DNA of 64,000 nt from an uncultured Gemmatimonadales bacterium (GTDB lineage Bacteria; Gemmatimonadota; Gemmatimonadetes; Palauibacterales; Palauibacteraceae): positions 20,135 to 84,134 of the forward strand of contig CAMYMV010000001.1 of the NCBI GenBank assembly GCA_947259585.1, written 5' to 3'. A program made the translations under genes and the position numbers. The notes under the pieces are model-generated. The model saw only the letters and a program-made list of their open reading frames with translations, made no database searches and was not told where the DNA came from. Below are positions 44,782 to 55,242 of this stretch, one piece after another (the first letter of the stretch is position 1; every line of letters begins with the position of its first letter).

Positions 44782-47085
44782 ATGGACAAGTCAAGCAACG
44801 GCGCGCGGATGACCCGATCCGCGCCTACCTGCGAGGTCGCCCTTCCAAGGCCGGTCTACCAGACTTTTACCTACATCCTTCCCGAGGAGATCCATCGCCG
44901 CGCGAGGCCCGGGATGCGCCTCCGGGTTCCGTTCGGCAAGCGCGAGGCGATCGGGTGCATAGATACCGTGAGCGAGGGTGAGCCGTCCGGGCGAGTTCGT
45001 TCGGCTTTGGAGCTGCTGGATCCGGAGCCGATCCTCTCGCCCGAGCTTCTCGATATCTGCCGTTGGGTCGCCAGGTACTACGTCGCCCCCCTGGGGCTCG
45101 TGTTTCGGGCGGCGCTCCCACCCGGTCTGCTCGCCGAGAGCGCCGACGAGTCGGACGGAGGAGGGCTCGTTCGCAAGGTCCTGCGGCTCAGCCAGCATCT
45201 GCCCACGCTCGAGGAGAGGGAGAGGGTCTTCGGGCGTGCCATTCGACAGCGGGAGGCGTTCGAGGCGCTGGAGGAGCTGGGCGGCGCCTCCACCCTCGTG
45301 GAGCTGGAGGGCCAGGGCTTCAGCCGCTCGGTTCTGGGCGGCCTCGTGAAGCGTGGCGTGGCCGACCTGTCGGAGGAGCGCGTGGAGCGCGATCCCTTCC
45401 GGGGTCTCGAACCGTCGGCCGAGCCGAGGCATCAGCCGACACCCGAGCAGGCTCACGTCATCGAGCACCTGACCGGCATGCTCGGGGAATCGGCACCCGG
45501 GTCGGCACTCCTGAGAGGCGTCACCGGCTCCGGCAAGACGCTCGTCTACGTTCGGCTGATCGAGAGGGCGCTCGAGAGCGGACGCGGAGCGATCCTCCTC
45601 GTGCCGGAGATATCTCTCACGCCCCAGACCGTGCAGCGCTTCCGCGCCGCCTTCGGCGACGCCGTCGCGGTGTTGCATTCCGGGCTGTCGGCCGGAGAGC
45701 GCCTCGACGCCTGGCAGTCCTTGCGGGACGGACGCAAGCGCATCGCGATCGGCGCGCGGTCCGCGGTCTTCGCGCCCATCCACGATCTCGGGGTGATCAT
45801 CCTCGACGAGGAGCACGAGGGCAGCTACAAGCAGTCGGAGACGCCCCGATATCACGCGAGGGCCGTGGCCGCCGTCCGATGCCAGCGGGAGGCCGCGCTC
45901 TGCCTACTGGGATCTGCCACACCCTCGCTGGAGAGCTGGAGCAACGCCCAGTCGGGGCGCTATACGCTTCTCGAGCTTCCGAAGCGGGTCACCGATCACC
46001 CGCTCCCCCACGTCCAGCTGGTCGATATTCGCGGCGGCGAGTCGCCGCGCTCGAACGGCGGATCAGGGACGCGCGCTCCCGGTGGGCCGGCGCTGTCGGG
46101 CCCGCTGCGCGAGGCGATCGAAGGGCGCCTGGAGAAGGGGGAGCAGTGCATCGTGCTTCTGAACCGGCGCGGTTTCGCCACCTTCGTTCAGTGCGAGAAC
46201 TGCGGGAAGGTCTGGAGCTGCGAGCACTGCAATGTCTCGCTCACCTACCATCGCCGGCAGCAGACGATCATCTGCCATCATTGCGGCTTCCGGGAACGGC
46301 CGCCGGTTCACTGCGATGAGTGCGAGACCCGGATCTCCTACTCGGGGATCGGCACGGAGCAGGTGGAGCAGCGGCTCGGCGATGCCTTCCCGGCCGCCAG
46401 GATCGCGCGGATGGATCTGGACACGACGGCCACCAAGTGGTCGCACTTCCGGATTCTCGAGCGGATGCGCCAGCGAGAGGTGGACATCCTCCTCGGAACC
46501 CAGATGATAGCGAAGGGACTCGATTTCCCGGAGGTCACTCTGGTCGGAGTCATCAACGCGGACGTCGGTCTCAACCTGCCGGACTTCCGCGCGAGCGAGC
46601 GGACGTTCCAGCTTCTCTCGCAGGTGGCGGGAAGAGCCGGTCGGGGTGCGGAACCCGGCGAAGTCATCGTCCAAACGTCGCGGCCGGGCCATTTCGCCCT
46701 TCGGGCAGCCGTCGAGCACGACTACATGGGCTTCGCCGGGCGCGAGCTGGATGACCGTCTCGAGCCCGGCTACCCGCCACACCGCCGGCTGGCGAACGTC
46801 GTCGTCTCGGGAAGATCAGAGACGCGGGTGACGGACCTGGCCGGGCTCCTGGCCGACTGGACCAGAGGTCTGATACGGTCTCGGTCCCTCGACGGCGTCG
46901 ACGTGGTGGGCCCCGCCCCCTGTCCCATCGACCGGCTCAGGGGCCGCTGGAGGTGGCACTTCCTGCTGAAGTCCGACGGTCCGCGCCGGTTGGGCTCCGT
47001 ATTGCGCTATCTGGCTGTCCACCACGGGCAGCCCTCGGGCGACCTGCGGATCGAGATCGACCGGGACCCGGAGTCACTCCTGTAG
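44782..47085 (+). CDS. priA: primosomal protein N-prime / replication restart helicase PriA
   Basis: Walker A GVTGSGKT, DEEH box, and the cysteine-rich zinc-binding region CENCGKVWSCEHCNVSLTYH...CHHCG...CDEC typical of PriA. Confidence 0.9.
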   Translation: MDKSSNGARMTRSAPTCEVALPRPVYQTFTYILPEEIHRRARPGMRLRVPFGKREAIGCIDTVSEGEPSGRVRSALELLDPEPILSPELLDICRWVARYYVAPLGLVFRAALPPGLLAESADESDGGGLVRKVLRLSQHLPTLEERERVFGRAIRQREAFEALEELGGASTLVELEGQGFSRSVLGGLVKRGVADLSEERVERDPFRGLEPSAEPRHQPTPEQAHVIEHLTGMLGESAPGSALLRGVTGSGKTLVYVRLIERALESGRGAILLVPEISLTPQTVQRFRAAFGDAVAVLHSGLSAGERLDAWQSLRDGRKRIAIGARSAVFAPIHDLGVIILDEEHEGSYKQSETPRYHARAVAAVRCQREAALCLLGSATPSLESWSNAQSGRYTLLELPKRVTDHPLPHVQLVDIRGGESPRSNGGSGTRAPGGPALSGPLREAIEGRLEKGEQCIVLLNRRGFATFVQCENCGKVWSCEHCNVSLTYHRRQQTIICHHCGFRERPPVHCDECETRISYSGIGTEQVEQRLGDAFPAARIARMDLDTTATKWSHFRILERMRQREVDILLGTQMIAKGLDFPEVTLVGVINADVGLNLPDFRASERTFQLLSQVAGRAGRGAEPGEVIVQTSRPGHFALRAAVEHDYMGFAGRELDDRLEPGYPPHRRLANVVVSGRSETRVTDLAGLLADWTRGLIRSRSLDGVDVVGPAPCPIDRLRGRWRWHFLLKSDGPRRLGSVLRYLAVHHGQPSGDLRIEIDRDPESLL

Positions 47086-47093
47086 GGAGACGC

Positions 47094-48128
47094 TCAGGCC
47101 GGTCGTAGGAAAACGCCCAGGCCCGGCTCGTCGCCGAGGACGATTCTGGCCCCCTCCAGGTGTGGCCCGCCGAACGGATCGGTCTTCAGTAGAGCTGCTC
47201 CGTCCAGATCCGCGTAGTCCACCAGCGGCGAGAGGTGGGCCGCGGGAGCGATTCCGAGGCTGCTCTCGATCATGCAGCCGAGCATGACCTTCAGCCCGCA
47301 GGCGCGGGCCGTATGGATCATCCGAAGGGCCTCTCGCGGACCGCCGCACTTCGCCAGCTTGATGTTGATGCCGTGAGCACGGCCCACGAGCCCCGGGATG
47401 TCCGAGGAGACTATGCTCGACTCGTCGAGGATGATCGGGAGGGGCGAGCCCTCGAAAACCTTTCGCAGCCCTTCGCGATCGGTCGGGGGCAGCGGCTGCT
47501 CGACGAACTCGACACCGTAATCCGCCAGGAGGGGGAGTCGAGCCAGCGCCTCTTCGGCACTCCAGGCCGCGTTCGCGTCCACCCGCAGCGTCGCCTCGGG
47601 CGCTTCGCTACGCACTATCTCGAGGGTCTCCTCGTCCCGGTCCGTGCCCACCTTGATCTTCAGGATCGGGTAGTCGCGGGCGTGCCGGACCTTCTCGGCC
47701 ACGATATCGGGCTCATCGATCCCGATCGTGAACGAGCTGAGTGGCGCTTCCGCCGGCTCCAGGCCCCAGAGCTTCCAGAGCGGACGCTCGAGGACCTTCC
47801 CCTGGAGGTCGTGAAGGGCGGCGGAGATCGCGGCCCGCGCGGAGCCGTTCCCGCTCAGCCGCACCTCCAAGGCGCGCTCGAGCCGTTCGATCGACTCGGG
47901 ACCGACCGGCTCCTCCACGCCCTCGATCACCGAGCGGTAGGCCTCGAAAGCGGCGACGACGGTCTCGGCACTCTCCCCGTAGAAGGCCGAGGGATCGGCC
48001 TCTCCCCAACCCTCCAGGCCCTCGGCCTCGATGCGGACCCAGACGACCGTCTCGCTGTCCCGGGTCGATCGGCTGATGGTGAAGGGGTACTCCAGCTCCA
48101 GCCGCAGCTTCTCCCAGCTGAGTCTCAA
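47094..48128 (-). CDS. dipeptide epimerase (enolase superfamily, L-Ala-D/L-Glu epimerase-like)
   Basis: MRLSWEKLRLELEYPFTISRSTRDSETVVWVRIEAEGLEGWGEADP is the capping domain. The KVGT...D...E...D metal ligands in the barrel are consistent with the MR/MLE family. Confidence 0.8.
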   Translation of the reverse strand: MRLSWEKLRLELEYPFTISRSTRDSETVVWVRIEAEGLEGWGEADPSAFYGESAETVVAAFEAYRSVIEGVEEPVGPESIERLERALEVRLSGNGSARAAISAALHDLQGKVLERPLWKLWGLEPAEAPLSSFTIGIDEPDIVAEKVRHARDYPILKIKVGTDRDEETLEIVRSEAPEATLRVDANAAWSAEEALARLPLLADYGVEFVEQPLPPTDREGLRKVFEGSPLPIILDESSIVSSDIPGLVGRAHGINIKLAKCGGPREALRMIHTARACGLKVMLGCMIESSLGIAPAAHLSPLVDYADLDGAALLKTDPFGGPHLEGARIVLGDEPGLGVFLRPA

Positions 48129-48165
48129 GGCCTTCTCCCGACCCGGACGCGGCGGCGGGCCCTAC

Positions 48166-49356
48166 TCAGCCGCGCCAGGGCTCGGATTGGACGCCCCGGG
48201 TCGTCACGTCGGGGCCATCGGATCGCATAAAGACGTTTATCTCGGACCTGATCCCGAAGCGGTCCTGCAGATAGACTCCCGGTTCCACGGAGAAGCCGAT
48301 GCCGGGGATGAGCTCCCGCTCTTCCCTCGTCTCCACTGAATCCAGATTGGGTCCGAAGCCGTGCAGCGCCCTGTCCATCCCGTGCCCGAGGCGATGCTGC
48401 AGGAACTCCCCGAATCCCGCTTTCTCCAGGATCCGCCGCGACACGATGTCCACCTCGGCGCCCGTAATCCGCTCCCCGGCGCCGGCTCGGTCCCGAATGA
48501 ACTCCACGGCACCGTCACGTGCAGCACGCACCGCCTCCCAGGCTTCGTCGAAGCCCGGAGGCCCCTCGGCGCCGAGCACGCCCATCCAGGTCTGGTCGGC
48601 GAATACCGCGTCCGGATCGTCCTCGATCCTCCCCCAGAGGTCGATGAGAAGGACGCCGCCGGGCTCGAGAACCGCCGCCTCACCGGCCACGGGCTCGTAG
48701 TGCGGGCTCGCGCTGTTCGGACCCGTCCCCACGATCGTCCCTCCCTCGGCCAGACCGGCCGAACCGATCTCCGAGAGTATCCACTCGGCCAGATCGTGCT
48801 CGGTCATTCCGAGCCCCTCATCCGCCGACCGGAGGGCGCTGTGAAACGCCGTCTCCGCGATCGCCCCGATCCGCGCCCCGGCCAGCGTGTGCGTCTCGTA
48901 CCCGCGGTCCCCCCACTGCGCGTACGTCCCCGAGATGAGCGGAGCCGAGCTGACGACTCGCGGGCCGAGGCTCTCGATGAGCTCCACGACACCCGATGGC
49001 ACCTGGTCGACGAACGGTACGGCGTCCCGCTCCGAAACCTCCATCGCCACGACCTGACAGCCCGCCAGCAACCGTCGGAGAGCGTCTTCCATCTCCTCCC
49101 AACCCACGTACGCCTCGACCTCGCCCTCCCAGTCGCTCCACGGATCCATCTCGATCTTGTGCGCCAGCGCGGCGGGTCTGGCGCCGGGCCGCAGGAGCAG
49201 GAAGATCCTCCTCGAGGGCCCATCGCCGAGCCCCAACAACTCGCACATGACTCGGTTCCGACCCTCCAGGTCGAACAGCAGCCAGCCGTCGATCGCGTTC
49301 CGTTGCAGCTCCTTGGCGGCGGCCTCCGCGAAGCCCTGCGGCAGACGTACCTTCAT
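48166..49356 (-). CDS. M24-family metallopeptidase (Xaa-Pro aminopeptidase/creatinase-like)
   Basis: Creatinase N-domain plus a pita-bread C-domain with HGMGH-like and E..E metal ligands ([27 protein letters not shown]). Confidence 0.85.
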   Translation of the reverse strand: MKVRLPQGFAEAAAKELQRNAIDGWLLFDLEGRNRVMCELLGLGDGPSRRIFLLLRPGARPAALAHKIEMDPWSDWEGEVEAYVGWEEMEDALRRLLAGCQVVAMEVSERDAVPFVDQVPSGVVELIESLGPRVVSSAPLISGTYAQWGDRGYETHTLAGARIGAIAETAFHSALRSADEGLGMTEHDLAEWILSEIGSAGLAEGGTIVGTGPNSASPHYEPVAGEAAVLEPGGVLLIDLWGRIEDDPDAVFADQTWMGVLGAEGPPGFDEAWEAVRAARDGAVEFIRDRAGAGERITGAEVDIVSRRILEKAGFGEFLQHRLGHGMDRALHGFGPNLDSVETREERELIPGIGFSVEPGVYLQDRFGIRSEINVFMRSDGPDVTTRGVQSEPWRG

Positions 49357-50366
49357 AGCCCGGCGTCCTCCGTCTCTTGCTGCTCTACTCGGCGCGGCCG
49401 GCTGTCGTGCAACCGGGCAAGCGCCCCGATGTGGGCTACGACGTTGCGGCCCAATTCCTCCGGATTGTACCCCCCCTCGAGCGCGGAGACGATCCGCCCC
49501 GCGGCGCTCGGGCGCGTCCGCTCTTCCAGCCCGGAGGTCAATTGCGAGAAGTGCTCTTCACGAAGCGTGAAGCCTCCGAGAACGTCTTCCGCGGCCGCAT
49601 CGAAGCCGGCGGAGATCAGGACGAGCTCCGGACGAAAGGCCGCAGCCTGCTCGATCCCGGCGAGCATCTGGTCGACGTACTGCTCGGGCGGCAGGCCGGG
49701 AGGCAGGGGAAGATTGAGCGTGGTTCCCTCTCCCGGGCCCTCTCCGGTCTCATCCCGCGCCCCCGTGCCCGGATAGAAGGGGCTCTGGTGCATGGAGAGG
49801 TAAAAGACGTCGGGATCGCGGTAGAAGATGTCCTGGGTCCCGTTCCCGTGGTGGACGTCCCAATCCACGATCAAGACGCGAGAGGCCAGTCGGGATTCCA
49901 GCGCGTGACGAGCGGCGACCGCGACCGAGTTGAATAGGCAGAATCCCATCGCGCGGCTCGCGGTGGCGTGGTGTCCTGGCGGGCGGACCATGCAGAAAGC
50001 GTTGGCGTACCGTCCATCCGTGACGGCATCGACCGCACCGACGAGACAACCCGCGGCGGCGGTCGCGGCTTCCCAGGAGGCCCCGGAGACGACGGTATCG
50101 GGATCCAGGCTCACGAGGAGTCCCTCGGCGAGAGCGGCGTCGGCCGCGCTCCGCACGTAACGCACGTGCTCCGGCGTGTGGGCGAGCTCCAGGCTGGCAT
50201 CGTCGACCGGCGAGCCGAGCACGGGCTCGGCGCCGGGTGACAAAGCGGGCAGCGCCTTCTCGAGCGCGCTCGTCACGGCGCGCAACCGGCCCTGGTGCTC
50301 CGGATGGTGCCAGCCGGTGTCGTGTCGGGCGCAAGCGGGATGGTTGTATATCGCGGTCTTCGTCAA
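49353..50366 (-). CDS. histone deacetylase-family amidohydrolase (AcuC/HDAC-like)
   Basis: [18 protein letters not shown] and [15 protein letters not shown] motifs. A probable TTG start at 50366 is preceded by GAGAGAG. It overlaps the M24 gene start (ATGA). Confidence 0.8.
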   Translation of the reverse strand: MTKTAIYNHPACARHDTGWHHPEHQGRLRAVTSALEKALPALSPGAEPVLGSPVDDASLELAHTPEHVRYVRSAADAALAEGLLVSLDPDTVVSGASWEAATAAAGCLVGAVDAVTDGRYANAFCMVRPPGHHATASRAMGFCLFNSVAVAARHALESRLASRVLIVDWDVHHGNGTQDIFYRDPDVFYLSMHQSPFYPGTGARDETGEGPGEGTTLNLPLPPGLPPEQYVDQMLAGIEQAAAFRPELVLISAGFDAAAEDVLGGFTLREEHFSQLTSGLEERTRPSAAGRIVSALEGGYNPEELGRNVVAHIGALARLHDSRPRRVEQQETEDAGL

Positions 50367-50583
50367 CTCGTCGCTCTCTCCTCGGCCCCCATCGGCTCGA
50401 TCGGTCGCCGAGCCGCGCGACCGCCGTCCGCCTGCCCTTGCACCGACGGTGGCGCTCGAAGACCAACTTAGCCCGCTCCAGAGACGCCAGCGACAGCTCT
50501 TCAAGGCTCCGCTCGGATCTTGTTGCCGGGCCGCTCGTCCGACACCTACCTTGCCGCCGTCGCCCTGATAGAGACCGACCCTC

Positions 50584-51639
50584 ATGCGAGCCTCGATGAT
50601 CGGAACGCCCGAACGGCACACGGCCCGAACCCTCCGCCTGGGTGGCACCGCCCTTGCCCTCCTCCTCGTGAGCGCGGCTTGCGAGGTACAGTGGGGCGGC
50701 GGACGGTTGGCGCTCGAGGATCCCTCTCCGCCCGAGCCCGAGCCGGCGGCCGAGGAGGGAGAGCCGGCACCGGCCCCCCTGCCGGAAGCGCCGCTTCTCT
50801 ATCTGGTCCGCCTGGGTGGCGCCGGTCAGGGGCACCTGGCAGCGATCGCACGGATAGCCGGAGACAGCCTCGCTCCGCTGGAGTTCCCCGCACCGATACC
50901 GGGAGAGTTCAGGGCGCGGTTCGAGCAGTCGTTCCTGCCAGCCGGAAGGGAGTTGGCGCTGGTCGTCGGCGGGAAGCGAATCGGGAGCGTCGTCGTAGGA
51001 GAGCCGGCGTCCGACAGGGCGAACTGTCTCTCCGTCGCCAGCGTTCAGGCGATTGTACCGCCCGGCACCCCCGTCCCCGAGATCGGCTTCGCCGTGCCGC
51101 TCGAGCTCTCCCCCGTCCGTATCGGCCGCGCGACCGATCGGGGTCCGTCCAACCGCATGGTCACCTTCGGACCCGTGTTGGCCGAACAGCTGCTGCGGGC
51201 GGAGGGCGTGGCTCGACCATTCCTCGCCCAGCGGATGGCTCTGGAGGCCGTGGCCGGTCCGGACACGCTGCTGGAGATGGCGGCCACCTACCTGATCAAC
51301 GACAGCCTCGCGTCCGGCCCTCCGCGGGGCGACGCCGCATCGCTTTTCTTTCTGGCGCGCCGGGAGCCGACACGGGGCTATCTGCCGCTGTGGAGCGAGG
51401 TGCGGACATACGGGACCGCCGAGCGCAAGGAGGCGTTCGCCTACCTCGAGTGGCTCGAGCTGAACGGCTCCCGGTTCGACTTCGTCAAAGCGGTCCGAGG
51501 ATCCAACGAGGGGCTCTCGGCGAGTCGCGCTCCGGAGGATTGGCGCACGAGTTTGAGCCTGAGCGAGCGGCGATTCGTGTGGACGGAGGCGCCCGAGTGT
51601 CCGACGCTCGAGCTTCTGAACGAAGCGATATCCGGCTGA
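50584..51639 (+). CDS. hypothetical lipoprotein
   Basis: N-terminal [10 protein letters not shown] lipobox followed by a Pro/Glu-rich linker ([24 protein letters not shown]). Confidence 0.55.
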   Translation: MRASMIGTPERHTARTLRLGGTALALLLVSAACEVQWGGGRLALEDPSPPEPEPAAEEGEPAPAPLPEAPLLYLVRLGGAGQGHLAAIARIAGDSLAPLEFPAPIPGEFRARFEQSFLPAGRELALVVGGKRIGSVVVGEPASDRANCLSVASVQAIVPPGTPVPEIGFAVPLELSPVRIGRATDRGPSNRMVTFGPVLAEQLLRAEGVARPFLAQRMALEAVAGPDTLLEMAATYLINDSLASGPPRGDAASLFFLARREPTRGYLPLWSEVRTYGTAERKEAFAYLEWLELNGSRFDFVKAVRGSNEGLSASRAPEDWRTSLSLSERRFVWTEAPECPTLELLNEAISG

Positions 51640-51666
51640 GGTCGAGCCGAGTGATGGCGGCCTGAA

Positions 51667-52566
51667 TCAGGCCGCGAAGCTCCTCAGGACCTGACCGGCC
51701 GACCCGCTCCGGAGCTCTCTGAGGGCGCGATCCCGCAGCTGCCGCACGCGCTCCCTGGTGACTCCGAGCACCTGACCGATCTGCTCGAGCGTGTGCTCTT
51801 CCTCTCCCTGAAGCCCGTAATAGAGACGAACGACGCGCGCATCCCGAGGCTTGAGCTCCTGGAGCGCCCTAGCGATCTGCTCCCTCAGCAGCTTGTTCTC
51901 GAGCGACTCCTCGGTGCTCGATTCGTCGACGAGAAACCGGTCCACGAGCTGGTTGTCGTCACCGGTGCCCACCGGAGCGTCCAGTCGCACTTCGGCGACG
52001 TTCAACGCCTGGAGCATCTCGACGGTGGCGGTGTCCAGCTCCGCGATCTCGGCGATCTCCTCGGAGCTGGGCTCCCGGCTGAGACTCTGCTTGAGGTCCT
52101 CCCGAACCCGGATGACGCGCGCCAGCTCGGTGGCTCGGTTGAGCGGCAGGCGTACTGCACGGCTCTGTTTGGCCAGCGCGGCGAGAATAGCCTGGCGGAT
52201 CCACCAGACCGCGTAGCTGATGAACTTCACGCCCTGGTCGGGATCGAACTTCCGCGCGGCAGTCACCAGACCGACGTTCCCCTCCTGGATCAGGTCCGAG
52301 AAGGGCATTCCCCGGTTCTGATACTTTTTCGCCACCGATACGACGAAACGGAGGTTGGCTCGGACCAGCTTGTCGAGGGCCACGCTATCGCCGGTGCGCG
52401 CGAGGCGCGCGACTCGATCCTCGTCCTCGGCGGCAAGGAGAGGATAGCGGCTCAGCTCGTCCAGGTAGAGGTCGAGAGAACTCGACAACTCGTCGGCCGG
52501 TATCTGACCGTTCGTGATTCGAGTCGCCATCTCACTCTCTCGAGGGTCTTTCTCCGTGCGGATCAT
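51667..52566 (-). CDS. RNA polymerase sigma factor, sigma-70 family (regions 1.2 to 4 present, RpoD/RpoS-like)
   Basis: LDLYLDEL (region 1.2), DLIQEGNVGLVTAARKFDP and FISYAVWWIRQAI (region 2), and the HTH in region 4 (TLEQIGQVLGVTRERVRQL). Confidence 0.85.
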   Translation of the reverse strand: MIRTEKDPRESEMATRITNGQIPADELSSSLDLYLDELSRYPLLAAEDEDRVARLARTGDSVALDKLVRANLRFVVSVAKKYQNRGMPFSDLIQEGNVGLVTAARKFDPDQGVKFISYAVWWIRQAILAALAKQSRAVRLPLNRATELARVIRVREDLKQSLSREPSSEEIAEIAELDTATVEMLQALNVAEVRLDAPVGTGDDNQLVDRFLVDESSTEESLENKLLREQIARALQELKPRDARVVRLYYGLQGEEEHTLEQIGQVLGVTRERVRQLRDRALRELRSGSAGQVLRSFAA

Positions 52567-52664
52567 GCTGCCGGTGCGGCCGGCCCTTCCTGTGAGGGTG
52601 CAAGGTAAACTGGCCCCCTACGCGGGTCTAGTCGCCTCGACCCCGTAGGCGGCGCTTCGCTCGA

Positions 52665-53459
52665 TCAATGCCGGCCCCGACGTCTCTCCTTGGCCGGGAG
52701 AGCCTCCAGGCACGTGGTCCACCAGCCGGTCAGGATGGTCTCCACGAATTCCGCCGGCAGGTCTTCATCCTGCATTTCGCGCGCCAACCGCTCATGGTCG
52801 TACCCCAGCGACACGATCTCGACATCCACACCCGGACGATCGCCGCTCGCCGACAAAAGCGCGTACTCGACCTCTGTCCGCCCGTCGTTGGCGGGACGGC
52901 CGAGAACTCCGACGTTCGCGAAAGCGCGCCCGCCCTGAAGCTCCCGTCTCCAGTACAGCCCCGTATGCGTCGCCAGGATGACGTCCGCCTCATACTCCCG
53001 CGTCAACCAGTCGAGGAAGTCGCTCGAGGTCGTCGATTCCCAGAGAAACTCGTTGGTGCGACGCGGGCTGCCGTGGCACATGAGCACTCTCTTCCCTCCG
53101 AGCAAGATCCGTCGCTCGGGCGGGAGCTCACGCATCCACGACCGCCACCGGTCGCTCGTGTTTCGCAGGGTGTACTCGTAGGAGATTCGAGCGAAGTGGT
53201 TGTCCCGCGGGTCGGTGTACCCGCATTGGCAGTCGGCGAGTCCTTGCCCGATCGCGTGATCGTAGTTGCCCTGCACAACCTTCACATCCGCTTCGCGCAA
53301 CAGGGGAAAGACCCGATCCGGGTGCGGGCCGAAGCCCCCGAGGTCTCCGAGACAGTAGAGAGCCTGGGCGCCACGCGCCCCAGCGTCCTCCAGAGCTGCC
53401 TCGAGGGCCAGGTGATTGCTGTAGATGCCGCCGAACACGGCGACGCGCTCAGGTCGCAT
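52665..53459 (-). CDS. metallophosphoesterase (calcineurin-like phosphoesterase) family protein
   Basis: From the MRPERVAVFGGIYSNHLALEA start, with GDLGGFGP, GNYDH and MCHGSP motifs (the MPE motif set). The start overlaps the radical SAM stop by about 11 bp. Confidence 0.75.
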   Translation of the reverse strand: MRPERVAVFGGIYSNHLALEAALEDAGARGAQALYCLGDLGGFGPHPDRVFPLLREADVKVVQGNYDHAIGQGLADCQCGYTDPRDNHFARISYEYTLRNTSDRWRSWMRELPPERRILLGGKRVLMCHGSPRRTNEFLWESTTSSDFLDWLTREYEADVILATHTGLYWRRELQGGRAFANVGVLGRPANDGRTEVEYALLSASGDRPGVDVEIVSLGYDHERLAREMQDEDLPAEFVETILTGWWTTCLEALPAKERRRGRH

Positions 53460-54387
53460 TCCGGCCGATATCCCCATGGTTGCTACAGATCGCACCATGG
53501 TGCCAGCAGGTGAAACAGGCCCGGTGGCGAAGCTCGAAGGGTCTGAACGCGTCCTCCAGCGTCGGGCCCATGAGCGAATCGGGGTGGTCGACCAGAATCG
53601 GACATACGTGCGCTCCACGGCTCGTCACGATACGGCTGTTGGAGCACAGCAGCTGTGCCCTGTCGTAGGAATCGAGCATCTCCTCCGTTACCAGGTGATG
53701 CCGGTCGTATCCTCCCGTGCGGAGAGTTTCCCGACCGATGCGGAGCGACGGCAGGATCTTCAGGCGGGGTCTCTCGCAGCCGACGTCGCGAAGGGCGGCG
53801 AAGAACTGCTCGCGTACCGTCTCCTCGTCGGCGAGATCCCATACACGTGCCGCCGTCAGGATCGGCAGGAACCCGTGGCCCAGCAGTTTCCGAATTCCCT
53901 CCATCGCACGCTCGAACGTCCCCTCTCCCCGGATCGGGTCGTTGGTCTCCGGACTCGGGCCGTCGATGCTCACCCTGAGCTCGAGAGAGTAGTCGCTGGC
54001 CGCCTCGGCCGCCGCCAGCCTGGTGAGCACCGGTTCGGTAAACAGGGTCCCGTTGGTGAGCACGGTCACCGGCCCGCACCGGAGAATCGCCTCGAGCATT
54101 CCGGGCAGGTCCGAGTGCATGAAGGGCTCGCCTCCTGTGACGTAGTACTCCTTGACCCCGTGCCGGCGGGCGAGCTCGAGCCAGCCGATAACCGTCTCGA
54201 GCGAGAGAAAGCCCAGGGTGTCGTTATCGGGGGCGCAGCTGATGAAGCAGTGGGCGCACCGGAGATTGCACACGGTCCCCGTCACCTGGAGCCACAGAGC
54301 GTCCAGATGTTCGAGCGCGATCGCCGGCCCGGAGTCGGCGAGTCGTGATGCTTCCGCGGAGATCGCAGGCGAACTGGCGGAGTTCAT
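53449..54387 (-). CDS. radical SAM protein with Cys-rich C-terminal domain (SPASM/DUF3641-like; possibly ArsS/TIGR04167-like)
   Basis: The CNLRCAHC (CX3CX2C) cluster is followed by FISC. C-terminal cysteines are CSNS...HVCPIL...RACFTCWHHGAICS. AAGGAG RBS. The family assignment beyond radical SAM is tentative. Confidence 0.8.
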   Translation of the reverse strand: MNSASSPAISAEASRLADSGPAIALEHLDALWLQVTGTVCNLRCAHCFISCAPDNDTLGFLSLETVIGWLELARRHGVKEYYVTGGEPFMHSDLPGMLEAILRCGPVTVLTNGTLFTEPVLTRLAAAEAASDYSLELRVSIDGPSPETNDPIRGEGTFERAMEGIRKLLGHGFLPILTAARVWDLADEETVREQFFAALRDVGCERPRLKILPSLRIGRETLRTGGYDRHHLVTEEMLDSYDRAQLLCSNSRIVTSRGAHVCPILVDHPDSLMGPTLEDAFRPFELRHRACFTCWHHGAICSNHGDIGRNAT

Positions 54388-54495
54388 GAACGGCTTCTAT
54401 TCTCCTTCTTCCCGTCGGCGGAGCCGTTGCGAAGCCGCCGGCGCGGCGCCCGGCTGGAGCCCGTCTCGAAGAAGCCTACCATCGGGAACATCGCG

Positions 54496-55236
54496 ATGCC
54501 ACTTAGCCTTCGGCACGCCGCCGCGACCCATATCGGCCGCGTGCGTCAGGGCAACGAGGACAGTTTCTACGCCGACGACGATGCCAGCGTCTTCATCGTC
54601 GCCGATGGGATGGGTGGGCACGCGGCTGGCGAGGTGGCCGCCCAGATCGCGGCGAGCAAAGTCGGCGAAGCCCTCTCCGGTGCCGTCGGCACGCAGCCGG
54701 CGGCCGAGCTCTCCCAAACGCTGGAAGCGGCGATCGCCGAGGCCAACCGCCGCATCCTCTCGTGCGCCGAGGATGACCCTGACTGCTACGGCATGGGCAC
54801 GACCATCACGGCGCTGTGCGTCCTGGACGCCTCCTTCCTCATCGGCCACGTAGGGGACAGCCGGGCCTACCGCCTCCGCGGCGGCAGCCTCGAGCGGATC
54901 ACGCGAGATCATACCCTCGTCCAACAGGAGGTGGATCGCGGTACACTCACCGATGAACAAGCTCGGGTCCACCCGAGATCCAACGTGCTGACCCGGGCCT
55001 TGGGAATCCCCGGTGGGTTCGCGACGGATCTCTTCGGGGGGATCCTCGAGGCCGGCGACCGCATCCTCCTGGCAACGGACGGACTGAGCGCGATGCTCCC
55101 GGATGCCGAGATCGAACGAATCCTCGCCGCGACGACGGATGTGGAGGAGACGGCCGGACAACTGGTGGAAGGGGCGAACGCCGCCGGCGGGCTAGATAAC
55201 ACGACGGTGATCGTCATAGACGTGCTGGCGACCTAG
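54496..55236 (+). CDS. PP2C-family serine/threonine protein phosphatase
   Basis: FIVADGMGGHAAGEVAA and DNTTVIVIDV are PP2C motifs. The start is taken at the internal ATG MPLSLRH. Confidence 0.8.
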   Translation: MPLSLRHAAATHIGRVRQGNEDSFYADDDASVFIVADGMGGHAAGEVAAQIAASKVGEALSGAVGTQPAAELSQTLEAAIAEANRRILSCAEDDPDCYGMGTTITALCVLDASFLIGHVGDSRAYRLRGGSLERITRDHTLVQQEVDRGTLTDEQARVHPRSNVLTRALGIPGGFATDLFGGILEAGDRILLATDGLSAMLPDAEIERILAATTDVEETAGQLVEGANAAGGLDNTTVIVIDVLAT

Positions 55237-55242
55237 TCTACA

